This document shows positions 22,939-31,670 of a DNA stretch of 50,633 nt, one piece after another (positions within the stretch are counted from its first letter, which is position 1; each line of letters begins with the position of its first letter). Made by a program: the position numbers and the translations under genes. The stretch is from Solirubrobacterales bacterium (GTDB lineage Bacteria > Actinomycetota > Thermoleophilia > Solirubrobacterales > 70-9): assembly GCA_013821475.1 (NCBI GenBank), contig JACDGU010000001.1:1-50633 (forward strand), in the 5' to 3' direction. The notes under the pieces were generated by a model that was not told the DNA's origin, ran no database searches, and saw nothing but the letters and a program-made list of their open reading frames with translations.

Positions 22939-23583
22939 ATGTATCCGATCAGCTACGAAGCCGATTTCAACCCGACGCCGAACCGCGGGACCACCTTCTT
23001 CCGGATCCTGCTGGCGATTCCGTGGCTGATCGTCGGCGCCTTCTGGGGCATCCTCTTCCTCTTCACCCATCTCTTCGCCTGGGTGGCGATCGTGATCATC
23101 GGGCGCTACCCGCAGTGGCTCTACGAGTTCAACTCCGGGGTCGTCCGCTTCAGCATCCGCGTCTCCGCCTGGGTCTACCTGCAGACCGACGCCTGGCCCC
23201 CGTTCGGCCTCGGCGAGGACACCAGCTACCCGATCCGGGTCAACTTCCCGCCGATCGCCGAGCGCCAGAGCCGGCTGAAGGCGTTCTTCCGCGTGATCCT
23301 GGCGCTGCCGATGCTGGTCCTCTCCTACGCGGTCAACTACATGCACCTCTGGGTGGCGGTGATCTCCTGGCTGACGATCGTCTTCCGCGGCTACCAGCCG
23401 GAGGGCGTCGACAATGCCCTCACCTTCCTCAACGGCTTCTACGCCCGCCTCTACGGCTACCTGGTCTTCATCACCGACGACTACCCCCCGGTCGGGGTCG
23501 AGGCGGCGAGGGGCGCGGCCGACTCGCTGGTCAGCCCGCCACCCTCCACGCCCCCGATCCCGCCCGCGGCGCCGACGGTGTGA
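22939..23583 (+). CDS. membrane protein with two tandem DUF4389 domains
   Basis: ATG 22939 is preceded by GAGGGAG. Two repeats of the DUF4389 pattern are present (YP...F.RILLAIPW..., IIGRYPQWLYEF....R...RV.AW.YLQTD.WPPF, and a second copy ending ITDDYPP). The C-terminal tail is Pro-rich. Confidence 0.8.
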   Translation: MYPISYEADFNPTPNRGTTFFRILLAIPWLIVGAFWGILFLFTHLFAWVAIVIIGRYPQWLYEFNSGVVRFSIRVSAWVYLQTDAWPPFGLGEDTSYPIRVNFPPIAERQSRLKAFFRVILALPMLVLSYAVNYMHLWVAVISWLTIVFRGYQPEGVDNALTFLNGFYARLYGYLVFITDDYPPVGVEAARGAADSLVSPPPSTPPIPPAAPTV

Positions 23584-23592
23584 GGGGCTGAG

Positions 23593-23997
23593 ATGAGCGA
23601 GGAGAACCAGAAGGTCGCCAAAGGCGAGGGCTACGCGGTCGCCAACCTCGACGACCTCGGCCAGGGCCCGGGCTTCCGCAAGATCCGCAAGGAGCTGGGC
23701 GTCACCGCCTTCGGCGTCAACGCGATCGTCCTGCCGCCGGCCTACGCGACCGGCGGCCACTTCCACGACGAGCAGGAGGAGCTCTACTTCGTCCACAGCG
23801 GCCGGGTCGAGATCGAGTTCGGCGACGGCTCGACCCAGCAGCTCGGCCCCGGCGGCCTCGCCCGGGTCGACGCCCCGACCGAGCGCAAGGTCCGCAACCT
23901 CAGCGACTCAGAGGAGGCCGTCTACGTGATCGTCGGCGGCAAGGACGGCTACGTGGGGCGCGACGGGAAACTCGGCCAGGGCGAGACGCACCGCTAG
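23593..23997 (+). CDS. cupin domain protein
   Basis: 134 aa with a cupin_2 motif (GGHFHDEQEELYFVHSGRVEIEFGDG). Confidence 0.75.
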   Translation: MSEENQKVAKGEGYAVANLDDLGQGPGFRKIRKELGVTAFGVNAIVLPPAYATGGHFHDEQEELYFVHSGRVEIEFGDGSTQQLGPGGLARVDAPTERKVRNLSDSEEAVYVIVGGKDGYVGRDGKLGQGETHR

Positions 23998-24027
23998 AGG
24001 GACGCTTCGAACGACGGTTCGCGGCCA

Positions 24028-24043
24028 GTGGCACATGTGCCAC
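24028..24043. repeat. perfect 16-bp palindrome GTGGCACATGTGCCAC
   Basis: Read directly from the sequence, 31 nt downstream of the cupin stop codon. Confidence 0.85.
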
Positions 24044-24096
24044 CTCGGCGTGACTGATCCTCCGAGACGGCTAAAGGTGCGGCACCGCCAGCTGTA

Positions 24097-24206
24097 GGCA
24101 GGGATGGATACCCCTCTCCCGGAGGCTCAAGGAACCGCGCTTGAGCTCCCGGGCCTCGCCCCAGCTGCACAACGGTCTCCGGGAGAGGGTATCCATCCCT
24201 ACTGCC
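24097..24206. repeat. ~110-nt element: ~25-28 bp near-perfect terminal inverted repeats enclosing an inner 7-bp hairpin
   Basis: Left arm GGCAGGGATGGATACCCCTCTCCCGGAG (24097-24124). Right arm CTCCGGGAGAGGGTATCCATCCCTACTGCC (24177-24206), differing by a 1-nt bulge and a 2-nt indel. The inner hairpin is GCTCAAG-GAACCGCG-CTTGAGC. It lies between the convergent cupin gene and ilvC. Confidence 0.75.
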
Positions 24207-24217
24207 GAAATTGCCCC

Positions 24218-25234
24218 CTACTTCGTGTCCCTGAACCCCTGGTCGATCCAGGGCATCATCGAGCGCAGCTCGCCGCCGATCTCCTCGATTTCCTTGCCCT
24301 CGGCCTCTTTGCGCATGCGGTCGAAATTCTCGCCGCCGGCCTTGTTCTCGCCGATCCACTCGCGGGCGAACTCACCCGACTGGATCTCGCTGAGGATCTG
24401 CTTCATCGCCGCCCGTGACTCGTCGCCGATGACCCGTCTGCCGCGGGTCATGTCGCCGTACTCGGCGGTGTTGGAGATCGAGTAGCGCATTCCCTGAATG
24501 CCCTTCTCGTACATCAGGTCGGCGATCAGCTTGAGCTCGTGCAGGCACTCGAAGTAGGCCAGGCGCGGGTCGTAGCCGGCCTCGACCAGGGTTTCGTAGC
24601 CGGCCTGGACCAGCTCCGAGGCGCCGCCGCAGAGGACGGCCTGCTCGCCGAAGAGGTCGGTCTCGCACTCGTCTTTGAAGCTGGTCTCGATGATCGCCGC
24701 GCGACCGCCGCCGATCCCGGAGGCGTAGGCGAGGACGAGGTCGTGGGCCTCACCGCTGGCGTCCTGGTGGACGGCCATCAGACAGGGGACGCCGCTGCCT
24801 TCCTCGTACTGGCGACGGACCAGGTGGCCCGGGCCCTTCGGCGCGACCATGCCGATGTCGATGCCGGGCGGCGGCGCGACCTCGCCGAAGTGGATCGCGA
24901 AGCCGTGGGCGAAGAGCAGGAGGTTGCCGGGGGCGATCCCGTCGGCGATCTCGGAGATCCAGATCTCGCCCTGTTTCTCGTCGGGCAGGAGGATCATCAC
25001 GATCTCGCCGCGGCTGGCGGCTTCGGCGATCTCGAGGACCTCGAGCCCCGCCTCCTCGGCCTTGGCGCGGCTGGAGGAGTCGGAGCGCAGGCCGACGACC
25101 ACGTCGACGCCCGAGTCCTTGAGGTTGAGGGCGTGCGCGTGCCCCTGGGAGCCGTAGCCGAGGATGGCGACGGTCTTGCCGCTCAGCTTCCCCAGGTCGG
25201 CGTCTTTGTCGTAGTAGATGTCGTCGGTTTTCAT
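24218..25234 (-). CDS. ilvC: ketol-acid reductoisomerase
   Basis: 338 aa class I KARI ([19 protein letters not shown]). Confidence 0.94.
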   Translation of the reverse strand: MKTDDIYYDKDADLGKLSGKTVAILGYGSQGHAHALNLKDSGVDVVVGLRSDSSSRAKAEEAGLEVLEIAEAASRGEIVMILLPDEKQGEIWISEIADGIAPGNLLLFAHGFAIHFGEVAPPPGIDIGMVAPKGPGHLVRRQYEEGSGVPCLMAVHQDASGEAHDLVLAYASGIGGGRAAIIETSFKDECETDLFGEQAVLCGGASELVQAGYETLVEAGYDPRLAYFECLHELKLIADLMYEKGIQGMRYSISNTAEYGDMTRGRRVIGDESRAAMKQILSEIQSGEFAREWIGENKAGGENFDRMRKEAEGKEIEEIGGELRSMMPWIDQGFRDTK

Positions 25235-25243
25235 GGCGGCAGG

Positions 25244-26569
25244 CTACCTGAGCGCCCTTCTCATCAGCTTGCCCGAGGGGGTGCGCGGCAGCGCCGCCGC
25301 GAGCTCGACGCGCTTGGGGACCTTGAAGCCCGCCAGCGACTCGCTGCAGTGTCGGCGCAGATCATCGGGAGTGATCTCCGAGCCGGCCTCGAGCACGACG
25401 ACGGCGGTTACCGCCTGCTGCCACTCGGGGTCCTCGCGGCCGATCACGGCGGCGTCGGCGACCTCGGGGTGGCGCAGCAGCACCTCCTCGACCTCGGCCG
25501 GGACGACGTTCTCGCCACCGCTGACGATCAGGTCGTCGATCCGGTCCTTGACGTAGAGGAAGCCTTCCTCGTCGATGTGGCCGAGGTCGCCGGTGTGCAG
25601 CCAGCCGTCGGGGTCGGCGTGCCCCGGCGCGACGGTCGGGCTCTGGACGAGGATCTCGCCCTGGCGGATGCGCAGGTGGGTGGTCAGCAGCGGCCGACCG
25701 GCGGAGCCGAGCTTGCGGGCGGCATCCTCGGGGGCAAGGGTCGTGACCTGCGAGCAGGTCTCGGTAAGGCCGTAGGTCTGGACCACGGTCGCGCCCTTGG
25801 CGATCGCCTCCTCAAGCGGCTCCTCCGGGACCGGGCCGCCGCCGACCAGGATCGCCCGCGGCGCCGAGAGGTCGACGCCGGCGGCCAGGAGGCGGGTCAG
25901 CATCGTCGTCACCAGCGAGACGACGGTGATGTCCTCCTCGGCGATCGCGCTCGCGACGCGGTCGACCTCGAAGCCGTCCTGGAGCACGGCGGTGGTCCCG
26001 TAGATGACCGAGCGCATGACGATGCTGAGGCCGGCGATGTGGCTGAGCGGCACGCAGCAGAGCCAGCGGTCCTGGGGGTCGACACCGATGTTGAAGCCGG
26101 AGCCGACGGCGCTCCAGAGGAAGTTGCCGTAGGTGAGGCCGATCGGCTTCGGCGCGCCGCTGCTGCCGCTGGTCAGGACCCGGCAGCAGACGTCGTCCAT
26201 GTCGTTCTCGCCGAGCAGCGGCAGGTCGGCCTCGGTCTGGGTCAGCTCGCCGGCGTCGTCGAGGTCGACGGTCGGCTCCTCCACGGCGACGATCGCGTTG
26301 CGCTCGGCGGCTGTCAGCCGGGGGCTCAGCGGCAGCAACGTCGCCCCGACCTTCATCAGCGCGTGGAAGAGGACGACCTGCTCGCGGCGCGGATGCATCG
26401 TCAGCGCCGCGGTCGAGCCGCGGCGGACGCCGTGGGCGGCGAGCCGGCGGGCGATCCACGTCGCCTCGGCCTCGAGCTCGGCGTAGGTGACATCGACGCC
26501 GTCCGCTGCGAGGGCGATGCGGTCGGGGCAGCTTTGGGATCTCTGGGCGAGCCAGTTGTCGAGTTTCAT
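25244..26569 (-). CDS. menE: AMP-dependent ligase, probable o-succinylbenzoate--CoA ligase
   Basis: 441 aa ANL-superfamily enzyme ([20 protein letters not shown]). Assigned to menE by its position in the men cluster. The stop lies 9 nt before the ilvC start. Confidence 0.72.
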   Translation of the reverse strand: MKLDNWLAQRSQSCPDRIALAADGVDVTYAELEAEATWIARRLAAHGVRRGSTAALTMHPRREQVVLFHALMKVGATLLPLSPRLTAAERNAIVAVEEPTVDLDDAGELTQTEADLPLLGENDMDDVCCRVLTSGSSGAPKPIGLTYGNFLWSAVGSGFNIGVDPQDRWLCCVPLSHIAGLSIVMRSVIYGTTAVLQDGFEVDRVASAIAEEDITVVSLVTTMLTRLLAAGVDLSAPRAILVGGGPVPEEPLEEAIAKGATVVQTYGLTETCSQVTTLAPEDAARKLGSAGRPLLTTHLRIRQGEILVQSPTVAPGHADPDGWLHTGDLGHIDEEGFLYVKDRIDDLIVSGGENVVPAEVEEVLLRHPEVADAAVIGREDPEWQQAVTAVVVLEAGSEITPDDLRRHCSESLAGFKVPKRVELAAALPRTPSGKLMRRALR

Positions 26570-26662
26570 CGCTGGGCGTCTGCCAGGGGTTGCTGGCTAT
26601 CGTTGCCACGCATTCTTAGCGCTCCGCGTCAGCGGGGCGCGAGACCCCCACCGGAGGAACAC

Positions 26663-27529
26663 TTGCCGCGACGTCACAAGGAAGCCCCGCCCGAAGAGAG
26701 CCTCTACGCGCCGATCGAGTGGCAGAGCGCCGGCGAGTTCGGCGACATCCTCTACGAGAAGGCCGACGGGATCGCCAAGATCGCGATCAACCGACCGGAC
26801 GTCCTCAACGCCTTCCGGCCGCAGACGCTGATCGACGTCTCCGCCGCGCTCGAGGACGCCCGGGAGGACCCCGAGGTCGGCGTGATCGTCCTCACCGGCG
26901 TCGGCGAGCGGGCCTTCTGCTCCGGCGGCGACCAGACGGTCCGTGGCGACACCGGCTACGTCGCCGAGGGCGCCTCGATCGGGCGCTTCCACGTCACCGA
27001 CCTGCAGGTGCAGATGCGGCGCCTGCCCAAGCCGGTGGTGGCGATGGTGGCCGGCTACGCGATCGGCGGCGGCCACATCCTCCATGTCTGCTGCGACCTG
27101 ACGATCGCCGCCGACAACGCCGTCTTCGGCCAGACCGGGCCGCGGGTCGGGTCCTGGGACGGCGGCTTCGGCGCCTCACTGCTGCGCGACCTGGTCGGGA
27201 CCAAGAAGGCGAAGGAGTTCTGGCTGCTCTGCCGCCAGTACGACGCCGAGGAGGCACTGGAGATGGGCCTGGTCAACACCGTCGTCCCGCTCGACCGGCT
27301 CGAGGCCGAGACGGTCGCCTGGTGCCGCGACATGCTGGCGCTATCGCCGTTCGCCCTGCGGCTGGTCAAGGCCAGCTTCAACGCCCACGAGGACGGCTAC
27401 GCCGGGATCCAGCAGCTGGCCCACGACGCCAACCTCCTCTTCTACGGCAACGAGGAGGCGCGCGAGGGGCGTGAGGCCTTCAAGGAGCGCCGCCGGCCCG
27501 ACTTCTCGAAGTTCCCCCGCCGGCCATGA
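26663..27529 (+). CDS. menB: 1,4-dihydroxy-2-naphthoyl-CoA synthase
   Basis: Crotonase fold with MenB-specific blocks ([32 protein letters not shown]). There is no ATG in the ORF. I chose TTG 26663, which is preceded by GGAGG 5 nt upstream. Confidence 0.88.
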   Translation: MPRRHKEAPPEESLYAPIEWQSAGEFGDILYEKADGIAKIAINRPDVLNAFRPQTLIDVSAALEDAREDPEVGVIVLTGVGERAFCSGGDQTVRGDTGYVAEGASIGRFHVTDLQVQMRRLPKPVVAMVAGYAIGGGHILHVCCDLTIAADNAVFGQTGPRVGSWDGGFGASLLRDLVGTKKAKEFWLLCRQYDAEEALEMGLVNTVVPLDRLEAETVAWCRDMLALSPFALRLVKASFNAHEDGYAGIQQLAHDANLLFYGNEEAREGREAFKERRRPDFSKFPRRP

Positions 27530-28410
27530 GGATCTGGCTGATGGCGGCGCGTCCGCGGACGCTGCCGGCGGCGATCGCGCCGGTCCTGGTCGGCACCGCG
27601 GCGGCGGCACAGTGGCTCGGGCACCTGCCGCGCTGGGGCGCGTTCGTCGCCGCCCTGGTCGGCTCGATCTTCATCCAGATCGGGACCAACCTCGCCAACG
27701 ACTACTCCGACGCCAAGCGCGGCGCCGACACCACCGACCGGCTCGGCCCGGTCCGGGTCACCTCGGCCGGGCTGGTGACGCCGCAGCGGGTGATGACGGC
27801 GACCTGGATCGCCTTTGCGGTGGCGGTCGCCTGCGGCATCTACCTGGCGACGGTGGCGGGGGTCGTAATCCTCGTCATCGGCGTCTTCTCGATCGCCGCC
27901 GGCGTCCTCTACACGGGAGGCCCGCGGCCCTACGGCTACGCCGGCCTCGGCGAGGTCTTCGTCTTCCTCTTCTTCGGCCTGGTCGCCGTCAACGGCTCCT
28001 ATTACGCGCAGCTCGAGCATCTCGACCCGCTGCCGCTGGGCCTCTCGATCTCGGTCGGCTTCCTCGCCACCGCGATCCTCGTCGTCAACAACGTCCGCGA
28101 CCTCGAGACCGACCGGCGCGCGGGCAAGATGACCTCGGCGGTGCGGATAGGGCGGGCCAATGCCGTCAACCTCTACCGGCTGCTGGTGATCGGCGCCTTC
28201 CTCGTCCTGCCGGTCTCGCTGCTCGGCGGCGAGAATGGCAGCGCGCTGCCCCTGATCGGGCTGCTGGCGGCGCCGATGGCGATCAAACCGATGCGGGCGA
28301 TGGCGAACCACACCGATGGCCCGGCGCTGAACGGGGCGCTGGCCGGGACCGGCGCCCTGCTCGGCGCCTTCAGCCTGCTGGTCACCGCCGGACTGCTGAT
28401 CTCCAGCTGA
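27526..28410 (+). CDS. menA: 1,4-dihydroxy-2-naphthoate polyprenyltransferase
   Basis: 294 aa UbiA-family membrane prenyltransferase ([21 protein letters not shown]). Its ATG overlaps the menB TGA. Confidence 0.88.
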   Translation: MRIWLMAARPRTLPAAIAPVLVGTAAAAQWLGHLPRWGAFVAALVGSIFIQIGTNLANDYSDAKRGADTTDRLGPVRVTSAGLVTPQRVMTATWIAFAVAVACGIYLATVAGVVILVIGVFSIAAGVLYTGGPRPYGYAGLGEVFVFLFFGLVAVNGSYYAQLEHLDPLPLGLSISVGFLATAILVVNNVRDLETDRRAGKMTSAVRIGRANAVNLYRLLVIGAFLVLPVSLLGGENGSALPLIGLLAAPMAIKPMRAMANHTDGPALNGALAGTGALLGAFSLLVTAGLLISS

Positions 28411-28454
28411 GCGGGTCGCGCCTGGCGGGAACGGCGGGATGAAAGGGTGTCGGG

Positions 28455-29534
28455 ATGCGACTCGCGACCGTCGAGGTGATCCCCTACGCGCTGCCGTTCC
28501 GACAGCCCTACGTGACCGCGTGCGGGGCGCTGAGCCGGCGCGAGATGGTCCTGCTGCGGCTGCGCAGCGACGAGGGGCTGACCGGGCTCGGCGAAGCGGT
28601 GCCGCTGGCGCTGCGCGGCGGCGCCGACCTGGCCGAGGTGGTCGCCCAGCTGCAGGCCCTGGCGGCTGCGGCCGAAGGCAGCGCCAGCGCGCTGGCGGCC
28701 GGGGTCAGGAGCCTGGCGCCGCCGGCGCGGTGCGCGGTCCTGATGGCGCTCGACGACCTCCACAGCCGCACCCGCGGCAGCAGCTGGAGCAACCCGGCCG
28801 AGCCCTGGGTGGCCGGCGTCAACTACGTGCGGCCCTCGCGCTCGGCGCGGTGCAACGCGACGCTGGTCGCGGGGGCACCGCACGAGGTCGCCGCCGAGGC
28901 GGAGCGCTGGGCGGCCGACGGCTTCGGAACCTTCAAGCTCAAGCTCGGGACCGGCGAGGACGCGGCGCAGGTGCAGGCGGTGCGCGAGGCGCTCGGCGCC
29001 GAGGCGAAGATCCGGGTCGACGCCAATCAGGCCTGGGAGGTCGCGGATGCCGCGCAGATCCTCAGCGCGATCGAGCCCTTCGACGTCGAGCTGGCCGAGC
29101 AGCCGGTCGCCGGCCTCGAGCAGATGGCCGAGCTGGCGGCGCTGACCTCGATCCCGCTGGCCGCCGACGAGAGCATCGAGAACCGGCAGGACGCCGAACG
29201 GGCGGTCGAGCTCGGCGCCTGCGCGGCGACCGGGGTCAAGCTCTCCAAGGTCGGTGGCGCCGGCGAGGCGAGCGCGATCTCGATGCTGCTGCCGATCTAC
29301 CTCTCCAGCGCCCTCGACGGCCCGGTCGGGATCGCCGCGGCGGTCGAGCTGGCCAGCGAGCTCGACGACCCCTCTGCGCCCCGATTCGCCCATGGGCTTG
29401 CCACCCAGCGCCTCTTCGCAGCGACGATCGCCGCCGTCGAGTGTGAGATCCGCGACGGCGTCATCCACATGCCCCCCGGCCCCGGCCTCGGGGTCGAGAT
29501 CGACGAGGACGCGCTCCAGGCGCACCGGCTTTAG
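28455..29534 (+). CDS. menC: o-succinylbenzoate synthase (enolase superfamily, MR/MLE subgroup)
   Basis: 359 aa with metal-ligand blocks (FKLKLG, RVDANQAW, LAADES). Assigned to menC by men cluster context. Confidence 0.75.
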   Translation: MRLATVEVIPYALPFRQPYVTACGALSRREMVLLRLRSDEGLTGLGEAVPLALRGGADLAEVVAQLQALAAAAEGSASALAAGVRSLAPPARCAVLMALDDLHSRTRGSSWSNPAEPWVAGVNYVRPSRSARCNATLVAGAPHEVAAEAERWAADGFGTFKLKLGTGEDAAQVQAVREALGAEAKIRVDANQAWEVADAAQILSAIEPFDVELAEQPVAGLEQMAELAALTSIPLAADESIENRQDAERAVELGACAATGVKLSKVGGAGEASAISMLLPIYLSSALDGPVGIAAAVELASELDDPSAPRFAHGLATQRLFAATIAAVECEIRDGVIHMPPGPGLGVEIDEDALQAHRL

Positions 29535-29540
29535 CCTGGA

Positions 29541-29577
29541 TTGGCGCTTTATTCGGTGTATGGCCGAATAAAGCGCC
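29541..29577 (+). repeat. perfect 15-bp stem hairpin in the menC-menD spacer; locally AT-rich
   Basis: TGGCGCTTTATTCGG (29541-29555) pairs with CCGAATAAAGCGCCA (29563-29577) around a 7-nt loop. Confidence 0.8.
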
Positions 29578-29587
29578 AGAGCTACCC

Positions 29588-31339
29588 ATGGATCCGACCA
29601 ACACCAACACCGCGCTCGCCTCGGCTTTTGCCGAGGAGCTGGCACGCGGCGGGCTGCGCCACGCGGTCGTCTCCCCCGGTTCCCGCTCCACCCCACTGGC
29701 GGTCGCGCTCTGGCGCCAGGAGGGGATCGAGGTGACGGTGATCCTCGACGAGCGCTCGGCCGGCTTCTTCGCCCTTGGCGCGGGCCAGGCGAGTGGAGAG
29801 CCGGTGGCGCTCCTCTGCACCTCGGGGACTGCGGCCGCCAACTACCACCCGGCGGTCTGCGAGGCCGACGAATCGGCCACGGCGCTGCTGGTGCTGAGCG
29901 CCGACCGTCCGGCAGAGTTGCGCGGGATCGGCGCCGGGCAGACAATTGACCAGCTCAAGCTCTTCGGCTCGTCGGTGCGCTGGTTCTGCGAAGTCGGCAC
30001 CCACGAGGCTGACGACGACGGGCTCCTCCACTATCGCTCGGTCGCCTGTCGGGCGCTGGCGAGGGCGCGCGGCGAGACGCGACCCGGCCCCGTCCACCTC
30101 AACCTGCCCTGGCGCGAGCCGCTGGCACCGGTTCCGGTCGAGGGAGCGGTGATGGCGACGGACCCGCTGGCGCTGCAGGGTCGAGCCGGGCGCCCGCTGA
30201 CCGCGGTGACCCGGATCGACCTCGAGCCCTCGGCCTTCCTGCTCGACGAGGTCGCCGACCACATCGGCGATGCGATCGCGGGGGTGATCGTCGCCGGGCG
30301 CCAGCTCGATCCCGAGCTGCGCGAGCCGCTCGCCCACCTGGCGCGGGCGTCGGGCTTCCCGATCCTGGCCGAGCCGACCTCGCAGCTGCGCTGCGGCCCC
30401 CACGACCGCTCCCACATCATCGGCAGCTACGATCAGCTGTTGCGCGACGAGCACTTTGCCCGTTCGGTCGTCCCCGACCTGGTTCTGCGCTTCGGCGAGA
30501 TGCCGACCAGCAAGCCGCTGCGTGTCTGGCTGGCGGCGGGCGGCGCCGACCAGATCGTCGTCGACCCCTACGGCGGCTGGAACGACCCGAGCCGGCGGGC
30601 GGCTGCCATGCTGCGCGCCGACCCGACCGAGCTCGCCTCGGGCTGGGCGACGCGGCTGGAGAAGGAGGATCGAGGCGCGCCGCAGGCGTGGATCGACGCC
30701 GAGCGGGCGGCCAGCGAGGCGATCGAGGCCGAGCTGAGCGGGGCGGGCGAGATCTCCGAGCCGGCCCTGGCCCGGGCCCTGGGCGGGGCTCACCGCGACG
30801 GCGACCTCGTCTACACCGCTTCGAGCATGCCGATCCGCGACCAGGAGTCGTTCCTCGCCGCCGGTGAGGCCGACGTCCTCTTCCTCTGCAACCGCGGCGC
30901 CAACGGGATCGACGGCCTCGTCTCCTCCGGCATCGGCGCCGCCCACGCAAGCGGGCGACCGACGACGATCCTCACCGGCGACCTCGGCCTGCTCCACGAC
31001 ATCGGCGGCCTGGCCGCCCTGCGCGACGTCTCCACCCCGGTCCGGATCGTCGTCGTCGACAACGACGGCGGCGGCATCTTCCACTTTCTGCCCCAGGAGC
31101 AGGCGCTGGCCGGCGAGGAGTTCGAGGCCCTGTTCGGCACCCCGCGCGGCGTCAGCGTCGAGAAGGCGGCAGCGCTGTTCGACCTCCCCCACCGCAGGCT
31201 CGATTCGCTCGCCGAGCTGCCCGAGGCGCTGGCGGCCGGCACCGGCCTGATCGAGGTTCGGACCGACCGGCAAGCAAACGTCTCGGTGCATCGGCGCCTG
31301 ACCAAGCGCGTCGCCGCGTCCCTTGCTTCGCTCGGCTGA
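29588..31339 (+). CDS. menD: 2-succinyl-5-enolpyruvyl-6-hydroxy-3-cyclohexene-1-carboxylate (SEPHCHC) synthase
   Basis: 583 aa ThDP-dependent enzyme with a MenD-type N-terminus (ALASAFAEELARGGLRHAVVSPGSRSTPLA) and a ThDP motif (GDLGLLHD...NDGGGIF). Confidence 0.9.
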   Translation: MDPTNTNTALASAFAEELARGGLRHAVVSPGSRSTPLAVALWRQEGIEVTVILDERSAGFFALGAGQASGEPVALLCTSGTAAANYHPAVCEADESATALLVLSADRPAELRGIGAGQTIDQLKLFGSSVRWFCEVGTHEADDDGLLHYRSVACRALARARGETRPGPVHLNLPWREPLAPVPVEGAVMATDPLALQGRAGRPLTAVTRIDLEPSAFLLDEVADHIGDAIAGVIVAGRQLDPELREPLAHLARASGFPILAEPTSQLRCGPHDRSHIIGSYDQLLRDEHFARSVVPDLVLRFGEMPTSKPLRVWLAAGGADQIVVDPYGGWNDPSRRAAAMLRADPTELASGWATRLEKEDRGAPQAWIDAERAASEAIEAELSGAGEISEPALARALGGAHRDGDLVYTASSMPIRDQESFLAAGEADVLFLCNRGANGIDGLVSSGIGAAHASGRPTTILTGDLGLLHDIGGLAALRDVSTPVRIVVVDNDGGGIFHFLPQEQALAGEEFEALFGTPRGVSVEKAAALFDLPHRRLDSLAELPEALAAGTGLIEVRTDRQANVSVHRRLTKRVAASLASLG

Positions 31340-31340
31340 C

Positions 31341-31388
31341 CGCGAGTTTGCATTTATGTCCGCTATGCGGACCTAACTGCGAACTCGG
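31341..31388 (+). repeat. palindromic element, copy 2 (homolog of the DUF559 5' end); starts 1 nt after the menD stop
   Basis: CGCGAGTTTGCATTTATGTCCGCTATGCGGACCTAACTGCGAACTCGG, versus copy 1 at 15772-15820. The embedded ATG TCC GCT ATG CGG ACC is followed by TAA, so the reading frame is dead. Confidence 0.7.
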
Positions 31389-31473
31389 CGAGAACTGGGC
31401 GGGGTGACAGGCGAGCGGGCAGGTGTCGCCGATGCCGCGATTCCTCTGCCGGCAGCTTGGGTTCCTCGACGCT

Positions 31474-31593
31474 ACCCCGAGGCGCTCACCACCGCTCGGC
31501 CTGATCGAGGTCAAAACCGATCGCCAAACCAACGTCGCGGTCCACCGGCAGTTAACCCAACGCGTAGAAGCCGCTCTCGCGGAGCGGCGCTGA
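31474..31593 (+). pseudogene. displaced, diverged duplicate of the menD 3' end
   Basis: 31498-31593 translates as GLIEVKTDRQTNVAVHRQLTQRVEAALAERR*, against the functional menD end GLIEVRTDRQANVSVHRRLTKRVAASLASLG*. The two are the same length to the stop, with 21 of 31 residues identical. Nucleotide similarity continues upstream (CCCGAGGCGCT) but with a 2-nt indel. Confidence 0.75.
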
Positions 31594-31594
31594 T

Positions 31595-31662
31595 GAGGGA
31601 TCGGGGGGACCCTCGGCGGAGCCTCCCGCTGTTCGTGGCGGCGAGGGTCCCCCCGATCCCTC
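31595..31662. terminator. perfect 21-bp inverted repeat between the convergent menD remnant and menF (probable bidirectional terminator)
   Basis: GAGGGATCGGGGGGACCCTCG (31595-31615) pairs with CGAGGGTCCCCCCGATCCCTC (31642-31662) around a 26-nt loop. It ends 9 nt from the menF stop. Confidence 0.6.
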
Positions 31663-31670
31663 TCCGTCCG

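Noticed and set aside
24000-24217. Possible tRNA or other classical RNA gene in the structured cupin-ilvC spacer
   Set aside because: There is no T-loop (GTTCRANYC) or D-loop signature and no cloverleaf arrangement. I kept it only as an unclassified structured repeat.
24539-26662. Upstream two-thirds of the 996-aa plus-strand ORF 24539..27529
   Set aside because: It is antisense to ilvC and menE. Only the last 289 codons (menB) have family similarity and an SD-preceded start.
29582-31291. 569-aa minus-strand ORF opposite menD; similar long antisense ORFs occur at 28173..29945, 41374..43131, 43550..44722, 15542..17107, 33586..35610 and 35222..36571
   Set aside because: All are antisense or off-frame shadows of genes with strong family matches. 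Their compositions are repetitive (R/G/A/D/P/V) and no motifs are present.
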